Shown: in pieces, positions 1-7,617 of the stretch | Layout of the letters: each line of letters opens with the position of its first letter | Position numbering within the stretch: position 1 is the first letter of the stretch | DNA from: Candidatus Gribaldobacteria bacterium | GTDB lineage: Bacteria; Patescibacteriota; Minisyncoccia; Minisyncoccales; CG1-02-41-26 | Reading direction: 5' to 3' | DNA: 46,285 nucleotides | Assembly (NCBI GenBank): GCA_026396705.1 | Contig: JAPLWE010000064.1 | Span: 1-46,285 of the forward strand | The notes under the pieces: generated by a model | Seen by the model: only the letters and a program-made list of their open reading frames with translations | The model's database searches: none | What the model was told of the DNA's origin: nothing | Program-made: the position numbers and the translations under genes

Positions 1-2
1 AG

Positions 3-398
3 CCAAACCTGGGAGTTTATTTTGAATTAATTTTAGCTGATATTCCCGGGTTGATTGAAGGGGCCAGCGAGGGCAAGGGCTTGGGCATTAAGTTTTTACG
101 GCATATTGAAAGAACCAAAACACTCTTTCATTTCATCTCTGCAGAATCGCAAGATCCTCTAAAAGATTATGAAATTATTAGAAACGAACTTGGCGCCTAC
201 AACCAAGAATTATTAAATAGAGCCGAGTATATTTTCTTAAGCAAGATTGACTTGGTGAGCAAGGAAGAGCTGGCTCAAAAATTAAAAAAACTAAGCGTCT
301 TAAACAAGGAAGTCCTTCCCATCTCCGTGATTGACCCCGAAAGCCTCGCTCAAGTTGAAAAACTCCTGCGCGAAATCATCAAACAAAAAACTATATGA
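3..398 (+). CDS. obg: Obg/CgtA GTPase, C-terminal part (5' end outside window)
   Basis: The frame is open from the window edge. The translation PNLGVYFELILADIPGLIEGASEGKGLGIKFLRHIERTKTLFHFIS matches the Obg G-domain (DxPGLIEGA, GLGxxFLRHIERT). The TGA stop at 396-398 overlaps the next ATG. Confidence 0.9.
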   Translation, partial: PNLGVYFELILADIPGLIEGASEGKGLGIKFLRHIERTKTLFHFISAESQDPLKDYEIIRNELGAYNQELLNRAEYIFLSKIDLVSKEELAQKLKKLSVLNKEVLPISVIDPESLAQVEKLLREIIKQKTI

Positions 399-1102
399 CA
401 ATTACTTTGAGAAAATTAAAGGAACAGTTAGAAAAAATAAAAGAGATAGGTTTTGTTAAAACTCATAGGATGAATGATACAGGTATCGGCAAAACCCTCG
501 AGGATCTTTTAGGTATTAAAGAAAATAATTTACGGCTTCCTGATGTTGGTGAAGTTGAATTAAAAGCTAAAAGGATTGACTCTGGCAGCATGCTTACCGT
601 TGCTACAAAATCGCCAGAGCCAAAGGGGATAAATAGAGTTTTATTTGAGAAGTACAAATATTTAGACAAAGAGGGAAAATATAATTTACATTCTACTGTT
701 TGCGGATCGCGAAGTAATCCGCAGTCATTTAGAGTTGTTTTTGAGGGTGAGAAGCTTGTTTTAAAAAATAAATCTAAAATAGGGGTATATTGGCCTATTT
801 CTATTTTTGATGATGTTCTGAAAGCGAAATCAGAAAAAATTCTGTTGGTATTCGCGGAAACAAAAGGTGAGAGAAAAACTAAAAATGAAAAGTTTCATTT
901 CACAGAAGCTTATTTACTTTCTAATCTTAATATCAATAAATTCAAGTCCGCTGTTGAAAGCGATAAATTGAAAGTTGATGTTAGAATAGGCGTTTATAGA
1001 AGCGGAAAGAATAAAGGAAAATATCACGACCATGGCACTGGTTTTAGAATAAGCAAAAGAGATTTCCTGCATCTTTTTGACAAACTTACTCAAATTATTT
1101 AG
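395..1102 (+). CDS. Type II restriction endonuclease, BcnI/MvaI family (MutH-like PD-(D/E)xK)
   Basis: 235-aa ORF. The blocks GIGKTLEDLLGIKENN..PDVGEVELKAKR and EKILLVFAETKGER..EKFHFTEAYLL..HDHGTGFRISKRDF match my recollection of R.BcnI (DLGEFELKG; EKLVLVFAETIGR..EQFHFTKAYML..HDRGPHLRI). It is convergent with a DNA methyltransferase. Confidence 0.8.
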   Translation: MTITLRKLKEQLEKIKEIGFVKTHRMNDTGIGKTLEDLLGIKENNLRLPDVGEVELKAKRIDSGSMLTVATKSPEPKGINRVLFEKYKYLDKEGKYNLHSTVCGSRSNPQSFRVVFEGEKLVLKNKSKIGVYWPISIFDDVLKAKSEKILLVFAETKGERKTKNEKFHFTEAYLLSNLNINKFKSAVESDKLKVDVRIGVYRSGKNKGKYHDHGTGFRISKRDFLHLFDKLTQII

Positions 1103-2964
1103 TTTCTTCTCAGAATAACAATGCTCTCTCTGTTCATTGTTTCCTCTAATGCTCCCACAATATTTGTGGGGGAGTTTCTGTTTGGCATTCTTTTGCCCGG
1201 GATATTTCTCACTAAAACATCTTCGCAGGTAAAGCCAATTTTCTCGCCTAACTCCGCGATTATAAAATCAGTCGGTATTCGAACTTGTTTTACGAGGCGA
1301 TTGCCAACCACTAAGCAAAAATATTTTTTTGGTTTTAATATTTTGTAGGCCTGCTTCAGGCAATCATTAAGGCCGATATAAAAACTTAAAACATCCTTGG
1401 CTCTTTTTTCGTCTATTTTTGCGATTTTGCTCAATGAATCTTTCAAATAACTTGAATTTAGGAAGTGTTCGAGGGTTTTGGTTGCTTTCCCGCCAAGCAA
1501 TTCATTGTCCACCCCGGAGGCTTTGTTTGGATCTTCAAAAATATCTATCCATTGCGCCGAGAGCCGGGAAAATTGGCCATAAGCCACCGTTGTTCGGCTG
1601 TCGCCATAAGGCGGCGAGGTAATAATACAATCAATTGAACTATCTTTTATGCCGTTTGTTTTCGATGAATCACCATAAATTATTTTGCTCCAAGCTTTTT
1701 TGTTTGTATTTTTATAGAAATCAATCATTCCTTTTATATTCGCTTCTGTTTTCTTTTTGAAAATCCCCAAAACATCTGGGGTATAATTTTCTAATTTTTC
1801 TTTTTTCATTCTGACAAGCTTAAACTCACCGTTTTTCGTGTTTGAAGATAAGCGCACCGTCTCGCTAAATGAAACCATAAAATAATTTTTGATAGAATTA
1901 TCTCTTATTTCCAAAATTGCTTTTTTGATTTTTGCTAATTGAATAATAACTTTTTCCTTAAACCAAAAATCAATATTATTAAAATTTGGTTTTTTAATTT
2001 CTGTGTCTTTTATTTTTTCAATTTCACGAAGAAGCTTAAAATATTTACTGGTAAGCGCAGGGGGGTTTATCGGTGTTGTTTTGGCTTTCGCCAAAAAGAT
2101 CGCCAGTGGATTCAGATCAATACCGTAAGCATTTATTCCTAAAAGCTTGCTTTCAACCAACGCTGTGCCAGACCCGCAAAAAATATCGCAAACTGTTTCG
2201 CCTGGTTGGCTATAATTTTCTAAAAGCCGCCTGGCGACTTGGGGGATAAACATTGCTGGGTATGTATGTATTCCGTGAGTGTATGTTTTGATTTTTTCAC
2301 CCCTATAATCCCATGAATAATCTATTCTTCTAACATATTTTTCGTCTTTCACTTTTTCCTTTTCAATTTGTGTTTCTAAGTTTCTAATGATTTTTACAAC
2401 AATTCCTCGTATTTCAACTTCTTGTCTGTAAATAGGAAAGAGCGTGGGGTTTGCCGGTTGTAGTCGGATTCTATTTTTTTCTCTGTAAAGCTTTTTTAGG
2501 GTTGCTTCATTATCATCAATTATGGCAACGACTGTTTGGCCGTTGTCCGCATATTCTTGTTTCCTAATAATGACAATGTCGCCGTCAAAGATTCCTTCAT
2601 CAATCATGCTATTGCCTTGCACTCGTAATGCGTAATTTTTACCATACTTTCCGACCTCATCTCTTGAAACAGTTATTGTTTCGCTAGGATTCTCAATTGC
2701 TTCAATGGGTTGCCCGGCGGCAATTATTCCAACCAAGGGCACTTCAATAGTCATTTTTTCATTTCTGGCCGACATTGACCTTGGCTGATTATATTCTTTT
2801 TGCAAATAGCCAGCTTCTTGAAGTTTTTTAACATAGTGATGGGCTGTGGAAACAGATGCTACTTTAAGATATTTTTTGATCTCTTCAAGAGATGGCGCAA
2901 AGCCCTTCTTTTTTTGAAAAGATGTTATAAAATCAAGAACATATTTTTGGCGTTCAGTAAGCAT
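1099..2964 (-). CDS. Fusion protein: full-length LexA repressor (wHTH + S24 peptidase) joined to an N4/N6 amino-DNA methyltransferase
   Basis: Single 621-aa ORF. Residues ~1-200 are LexA-like: the wHTH (KYVLDFI..STAHHYVKKLQEAGYL), the Ala-Gly cleavage loop (VGIIAAGQPI), the Ser in QGNSMIDEG and the Lys in ATLKKLY. Residues ~225-621 are methyltransferase-like: HTYPAMFIPQVARRL, motif I DIFCGSGTALVES and motif IV DCIITSPPYGD. Confidence 0.85.
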   Translation of the reverse strand: MLTERQKYVLDFITSFQKKKGFAPSLEEIKKYLKVASVSTAHHYVKKLQEAGYLQKEYNQPRSMSARNEKMTIEVPLVGIIAAGQPIEAIENPSETITVSRDEVGKYGKNYALRVQGNSMIDEGIFDGDIVIIRKQEYADNGQTVVAIIDDNEATLKKLYREKNRIRLQPANPTLFPIYRQEVEIRGIVVKIIRNLETQIEKEKVKDEKYVRRIDYSWDYRGEKIKTYTHGIHTYPAMFIPQVARRLLENYSQPGETVCDIFCGSGTALVESKLLGINAYGIDLNPLAIFLAKAKTTPINPPALTSKYFKLLREIEKIKDTEIKKPNFNNIDFWFKEKVIIQLAKIKKAILEIRDNSIKNYFMVSFSETVRLSSNTKNGEFKLVRMKKEKLENYTPDVLGIFKKKTEANIKGMIDFYKNTNKKAWSKIIYGDSSKTNGIKDSSIDCIITSPPYGDSRTTVAYGQFSRLSAQWIDIFEDPNKASGVDNELLGGKATKTLEHFLNSSYLKDSLSKIAKIDEKRAKDVLSFYIGLNDCLKQAYKILKPKKYFCLVVGNRLVKQVRIPTDFIIAELGEKIGFTCEDVLVRNIPGKRMPNRNSPTNIVGALEETMNRESIVILRRN

Positions 2965-3000
2965 AAATTTATTGTTGTTGACTTTCTATTTACTTTCTAA

Positions 3001-3042
3001 TATACTTTAATTGTAATGTAAGTATAAGTCGCTGTCAACAGC
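3001..3042 (-). promoter_or_regulatory. Predicted sigma70-type promoter of the LexA-methyltransferase gene overlapped by two inverted repeats (candidate operators)
   Basis: The minus strand reads TTGACA (plus 3033-3038), 17 nt, TACAAT (plus 3010-3015). IR1 GCTGT-N2-ACAGC (3031-3042) encloses the -35. IR2 TATACTT-N12-AAGTATA (3001-3026) spans the -10 and the expected start site. Confidence 0.45.
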
Positions 3043-3109
3043 AAGTTTATCCACAGAATAAATTTTATGCTTTTTACTAAGGGAATAAAAATAACTAAAG
3101 TTTAATATT

Positions 3110-3853
3110 ATGGTTACGAAAGAAACTATTCTTAAACAACTTAATTATACAAGCAATGACATTGTAAAGAAATTTGATGTTATATATTCACAAGAATTGA
3201 TGGAGATAGTTGAAGAAATGGCTATTTCGTATCAAATTTTACACGATATAATTAACAGAGAGGATCAATCAAAAGTATCAGATGCTGATTTTCAGAGCGC
3301 TTTGCTATTTTGGACAGCATTGAATACATATTTGGCGGCGATAGAATTATTTAGGCGTGGCTATGGTAAGGAGCCACAGATGTTGATAAGAAATACCCTA
3401 GAGACTTTTAGCGCTGCTTATGATATCCATATTTATCCACATAAACTTAATATATTACAGCAAAGGCCAAAAGATTTTGATTCAAAACAAAGTATAAAGA
3501 TAGCAAAGAAGATACATCCGATTATTGGTCAGATGTGGGGCAAGCTTAGTGCTGAGTATAGTCATGTTGGCGTATTACATACCTTACCACACAAAACAGC
3601 CCCACTTTGTGTTGGAGGATTATTCGATAGCGAAGATCAAAACGCTGTTATTTGTGGGATGCTTCCACCCTTAAATTTAGCTTTAGATATTTTAAGTAGC
3701 GTTTTAGAATTAACATTCATTACAGAAATACAAAATCCTCGTTTTTGGAAGCAGATTTCCTCTGATACTTATCAATATTCAATTCCGAAAATAAACATTG
3801 AACGAGGGGAAAGATTAATGGTAAAAATGGAAGACGTGCTTAAACAGTTATAG
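3110..3853 (+). CDS. Hypothetical protein (helical-looking, no motif I can name)
   Basis: 247-aa ORF divergent from the LexA-MTase promoter region. A strong bidirectional terminator follows it. Confidence 0.6.
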   Translation: MVTKETILKQLNYTSNDIVKKFDVIYSQELMEIVEEMAISYQILHDIINREDQSKVSDADFQSALLFWTALNTYLAAIELFRRGYGKEPQMLIRNTLETFSAAYDIHIYPHKLNILQQRPKDFDSKQSIKIAKKIHPIIGQMWGKLSAEYSHVGVLHTLPHKTAPLCVGGLFDSEDQNAVICGMLPPLNLALDILSSVLELTFITEIQNPRFWKQISSDTYQYSIPKINIERGERLMVKMEDVLKQL

Positions 3854-3897
3854 GGATGCAAAAGTTTTGTTATGGACTGTTCCCTTTATTTTGGAAC

Positions 3898-3930
3898 AAA
3901 AAAACTCTGGCCTAGGCCAGAGTTTTTTTG
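3898..3930. terminator. Bidirectional rho-independent terminator
   Basis: AAAAAAACTCTGGCCTAGGCCAGAGTTTTTTT is a GC-rich palindromic stem flanked by an A-run and a T-run. It lies between convergent genes. Confidence 0.75.
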
Positions 3931-3950
3931 TTTGCAAATAAATTTTTAGA

Positions 3951-5741
3951 TTATTTTTTGCGGGAGTCGCGTTTACGGTCAATTTCGGTTAGGAATTTTT
4001 TACGTAGGCGGATATTTTTGGGGGTAACTTCCAGATATTCGTCGTCTTTCATTATTTCTAGCGCTCTTTCTAGAGAAAGATTGAATGGTGGCACAAGCTT
4101 GATGGCTTCGTCAGCCCCGCTGGACCGCATATTGCTTAACTCTTTGCCTTTAGTGGGGTTCACAGCCATATCATTGCCTTTGGCAGTGTTGCCAACTACC
4201 ATACCTTCGTAAACTTCTTCGCTCGGGCCGATATACATAACGCCTCTTTCTTGTAAGTTCCATAAAGCAAAGCCTAAGGCTTTGCCAGTAGCCATAGAAG
4301 TCATTGAGCCAACATCTTGCTTTTCAATTTCACCCACATAAGGTCTAAAGCCAATAAATTGGTTGCAAAGAATGCCCTCGCCCTTAGTAACTATCACAAA
4401 TTCGCCACGATACCCCAACAATCCCCTAGTGGGAATCTCAAAAACTATGCGGGTGTGGTTTTGCTCGGGTCGCATGTCAGTCATCATGCCTTTTCTTTTG
4501 GAAAGCTTTTCAATAACTACGCCCGAGGCCTCATTGGGCACATCAATAGTAACTTCTTCAAACGGTTCCATTTTTATACCGTTTTCTTCTTTAGTAATAA
4601 CTTGGGGCTGGGAAACCTGAAGCTCGTAGCCTTCTCGCCTCATATTTTCTAATAATATGGCAATGTGTAATTCGCCTCTACCCGAAACCGTGAAATAAGC
4701 ATTTTCCGAAAAATCCACTTTTAAGCCTACATTAACTTCCAGCTCTCTAGCTAAGCGTTCTCGGATTTGCCTAATGCCTACAAACTTGCCATCTTGTCCG
4801 GCCAACGGCGAGCTATTTACTAAAAAGTTCAAAGAAATAGTTGGCTCGTCAATGTTGATTGAGGGCAAGGCGGGCTGCTCTTTATCAATACAAATTGTCT
4901 CGCCAATAAAGATATCAGGCAAGCCGGCAATCATGACAATGTCGCCCGCCATTGCTTCTGGCACTTCTACTCTTTGCAGGCCAGAAAAAGAAAATATTTT
5001 TAGTATTTTGCCAACCCTAGCTTCGCTGGTTGGTGTTTTTATAAAAACATTGCTACCTGTTTTAGCCACGCCCTCATAGATGCGACCAATGGCTAATCGG
5101 CCCATAAAATTGTCATAACCCAAGTTAAATGGCTGGATTCTTAATGGCTGCCCGTTCAACTCGTCGCTGGAAGATGAAGGTATCTTCTCTAAAATAACAT
5201 CTAAAAGCGGAGTTAAGTCGCTTGAGGCGTCGGCTAAATTAAGTTTGGCAATGCCTTCTCTAGCTATAGCGTAAAGGCAAGTAAAGTTTAATTGTTCTTC
5301 GGTGGCGCCTAGATCGTAAAAAAGTTCAAAAACTTTATCGTGCACCCACTCAGGTCGGGCGGCTGGCTTGTCAATTTTGTTAATTACTAAAATTGGCTTT
5401 AAGCCAAGCTCTAAAGATTTTTTTAAAACAAATTTGGTTTGAGGCATTGGGCCTTCTTGCGCATCCACCACCAAAAGCACTGAATCAATGGATCGCAACA
5501 CTCGCTCCACCTCCGAGCCAAAATCAGCGTGGCCGGGAGTGTCCACGATATTTATTTTGGTGTCTTTGTAATAAATAGAAGCGTTTTTGGAATAAATAGT
5601 AATGCCTCGCTCAAGCTCCAAAGCGTTGGTGTCCATGGTGGCGCCCTCCACAGCCAAACCAGCCTGGCGCAGTAAGGCGTCAGTTAAGCTTGTTTTGCCA
5701 TGATCCACATGAGCGATAATCGCGATATTTCTAATTTCCAT
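3951..5741 (-). CDS. typA: Translational GTPase TypA/BipA
   Basis: Motifs [22 protein letters not shown] (G1), [14 protein letters not shown] (G3) and NKIDKP (G4). I moved the start to the ATG at 5741 (MEIRNIAII). The track start at 5771 is a TTG that adds 10 non-conserved residues. Confidence 0.93.
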   Translation of the reverse strand: MEIRNIAIIAHVDHGKTSLTDALLRQAGLAVEGATMDTNALELERGITIYSKNASIYYKDTKINIVDTPGHADFGSEVERVLRSIDSVLLVVDAQEGPMPQTKFVLKKSLELGLKPILVINKIDKPAARPEWVHDKVFELFYDLGATEEQLNFTCLYAIAREGIAKLNLADASSDLTPLLDVILEKIPSSSSDELNGQPLRIQPFNLGYDNFMGRLAIGRIYEGVAKTGSNVFIKTPTSEARVGKILKIFSFSGLQRVEVPEAMAGDIVMIAGLPDIFIGETICIDKEQPALPSINIDEPTISLNFLVNSSPLAGQDGKFVGIRQIRERLARELEVNVGLKVDFSENAYFTVSGRGELHIAILLENMRREGYELQVSQPQVITKEENGIKMEPFEEVTIDVPNEASGVVIEKLSKRKGMMTDMRPEQNHTRIVFEIPTRGLLGYRGEFVIVTKGEGILCNQFIGFRPYVGEIEKQDVGSMTSMATGKALGFALWNLQERGVMYIGPSEEVYEGMVVGNTAKGNDMAVNPTKGKELSNMRSSGADEAIKLVPPFNLSLERALEIMKDDEYLEVTPKNIRLRKKFLTEIDRKRDSRKK

Positions 5742-5789
5742 AGATTTGATAGCCCCAAAATCATACCACAAATAATCTAAAAATGCAAT

Positions 5790-5818
5790 TTGAAACAGTC
5801 ATCTGGGCAAGGTATAAT
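5790..5818 (+). promoter_or_regulatory. Predicted promoter of the helicase gene (TTGAAA-N17-TATAAT)
   Basis: TTGAAA at 5790-5795 and TATAAT at 5813-5818. The ATG at 5824 lies 6 nt after the -10 and there is no SD, which suggests a leaderless transcript. Confidence 0.5.
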
Positions 5819-5823
5819 ATCCT

Positions 5824-7500
5824 ATGACACAAGAACAAGCGTTGGAAATTTTGAAGACTGGGGCGAATGTTTTTTTGACTGGGGAGCCCGGCTCGGGCAA
5901 AACCTATACAGTTAATCAATACGCTGATTATTTAAGAGAGCATAATATTCAGCCAGCCATTACCGCCTCTACTGGAATTGCTGCCACCCATTTGAATGGC
6001 ATTACTATCCATTCGTGGGCGGGTATTGGCATAAAAGAGCATCTCTCACGAGGGGACTTAGAGAAAATCGCCAAAACCGCTTATGTTGTTAAGCGCGTGG
6101 CCAAAGCCAAGGTTTTGATTATTGATGAAATTTCTATGCTAGAAGCTGGCACTTTTGGCTTGGTTGATTTAGTTTGCCAGCAAATTTTTCAATCTAAGCA
6201 GCCGTTCGGCGGGTTGCAGGTAGTGGTGGTGGGCGATTTTTTTCAACTGCCGCCAATCGGCAAAGTTGGCCAAGCGCAGTTTGCTTTTAAGTCGCCCTCT
6301 TGGCAAAAAGCCAACTTTGCGGTTTGCTATTTAACCGAGCAATATCGCCAAGACGACGAAGCTTTTTTAACAATGCTATCGGCCATCAGATCTAATGGCT
6401 TCACCGAAAAGCATCTGGCCAATATCCAAAGCAGAGTTATTGAGCCCGATAAGTCGCCTAAAGACATCACGCGTATTTTTTCGCACAATATGGATGTAGA
6501 TAGAATTAACAGCCAAGAGTTGGGCCAGCTTTCGGGCAAGGCCGAATTTTTTCAGATGTTTTCTCGGGGTCAAAGTAATTTTGTGGATAGCTTAAAAAAG
6601 GGTTGCCTCTCGCCCGAAACATTAGAGCTAAAAAAAGACGCTTGCGTGATGTTTACTAAAAATAATCTTAAGGAGGGGTTTGTTAATGGCACCATTGGCA
6701 AGGTTATTGGCTTTAGCGAGGAGAGCAATTATCCGGTTGTTAAAATAACCAGCGGCGAGGAAATTGAAGTATCGCCGATGGAGTGGACCATTGAAGAGCA
6801 TGGCGACATTAAAGCCAGAATTACTCAAGTACCCTTGCGATTGGCTTGGGCGATTACTATTCATAAAAGCCAAGGCATGAGCTTGGATATGGCGGTGATG
6901 GATTTGCAAAAAGTATTTGAGTTTGGTCAAGGCTATGTGGCTTTATCAAGGGTGAGGCGGTTGTCTGGGCTTTATCTTTTGGGCTATAACCAAAAAGCGT
7001 TTTTGACACATCCAGAAATGCAAAATCAAGACAGAATTTTCAGAGAACAATCCCAACAAATTCAGGATGATTTTATTTTAATGTTAAAAGATGAAATTAT
7101 CAGCCAGCAAAATAACTTTCTAATAGCTTGTGGTGGGGCGCTATCTAAACAGGCGCTAAGCAAGAAAAGTCCAGCAGTCAAAAAGGAAAAAACCAGCACT
7201 TATGATAAAACTATGGCTTTGATTAATGAAGGAAAAAATATTGAGGAAATCACCAAGGCTCGCGGCGTTACCCAAGGAACAATCATTGGCCATTTAGAAA
7301 ACCTTGTCTTAAAAGATAAAATTAATCAGGAAGGCTTAGAGCAATTAGTTGAGGAGGGCTTACTGGCCAAAATACCAGAAATTGGCCAGGTCTTTCGCGA
7401 GCTGGACACTGACAAGCTCTCAGTGGTTTTTGAAAAGTTCGCTGGCGAATATTCTTACGACCAACTCCGCCTGGCCAGGCTATTTCTGTCTTTTAATTAA
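5824..7500 (+). CDS. PIF1/RecD-like SF1 DNA helicase with C-terminal HTH region
   Basis: Walker A TGEPGSGKTY, Walker B LIIDEISML, VVVGDFFQLPPI and ITIHKSQGMSLD. The C-terminal ~100 aa look like the helicase-associated HTH tail. Confidence 0.85.
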   Translation: MTQEQALEILKTGANVFLTGEPGSGKTYTVNQYADYLREHNIQPAITASTGIAATHLNGITIHSWAGIGIKEHLSRGDLEKIAKTAYVVKRVAKAKVLIIDEISMLEAGTFGLVDLVCQQIFQSKQPFGGLQVVVVGDFFQLPPIGKVGQAQFAFKSPSWQKANFAVCYLTEQYRQDDEAFLTMLSAIRSNGFTEKHLANIQSRVIEPDKSPKDITRIFSHNMDVDRINSQELGQLSGKAEFFQMFSRGQSNFVDSLKKGCLSPETLELKKDACVMFTKNNLKEGFVNGTIGKVIGFSEESNYPVVKITSGEEIEVSPMEWTIEEHGDIKARITQVPLRLAWAITIHKSQGMSLDMAVMDLQKVFEFGQGYVALSRVRRLSGLYLLGYNQKAFLTHPEMQNQDRIFREQSQQIQDDFILMLKDEIISQQNNFLIACGGALSKQALSKKSPAVKKEKTSTYDKTMALINEGKNIEEITKARGVTQGTIIGHLENLVLKDKINQEGLEQLVEEGLLAKIPEIGQVFRELDTDKLSVVFEKFAGEYSYDQLRLARLFLSFN

Positions 7501-7514
7501 AATTATGGTTAGGC

Positions 7515-7545
7515 AAAAAACTGCAAGGGTGCAGTTTTTTCTTTT
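7515..7545 (+). terminator. Rho-independent terminator after helicase gene
   Basis: AAAAAACTGCA-AGGG-TGCAGTTTTTTCTTTT. Confidence 0.75.
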
Positions 7546-7579
7546 AACCTATGAAAAGTTAAGTAATTTTATAAAAAGC

Positions 7580-7611
7580 TTGACAGAAATATGGAAGGTA
7601 TGATATCATAG
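7580..7611 (+). promoter_or_regulatory. Predicted hsdM promoter with a perfect 12-bp palindrome over the -10
   Basis: TTGACA at 7580-7585, an 18-nt spacer, and an extended -10 TGaTATCAT (TATCAT 7604-7609). The palindrome TATGATATCATA lies at 7600-7611. The ATG is at 7618. Confidence 0.5.
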
Positions 7612-7617
7612 GAAAAT

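Noticed and set aside
463-2142. Small ORFs from the track at 463..669(-), 1121..1348(+), 1419..1622(+) and 1939..2142(+).
   Set aside because: They lie antisense to or inside the well-supported endonuclease and LexA-MTase genes. Their translations are low-complexity and motif-free, so I take them as shadow ORFs.
2965-3109. Looked for canonical LexA boxes: E. coli CTGT-N8-ACAG and Gram-positive GAAC-N4-GTTC.
   Set aside because: Neither is present with the canonical spacing. Only the non-canonical repeats reported above are seen.
4317-5578. Plus-strand ORFs inside typA (4317..4652, 4363..4620, 4774..5079, 5393..5578) and the 3928..4212 ORF.
   Set aside because: The opposite strand encodes an unmistakable TypA/BipA. 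These are antisense artefacts.
5742-5771. Track start of typA at 5771 (a TTG adding MWYDFGAIKS).
   Set aside because: The ATG at 5741 gives the canonical [18 protein letters not shown]-terminus. The extension is not family-like.
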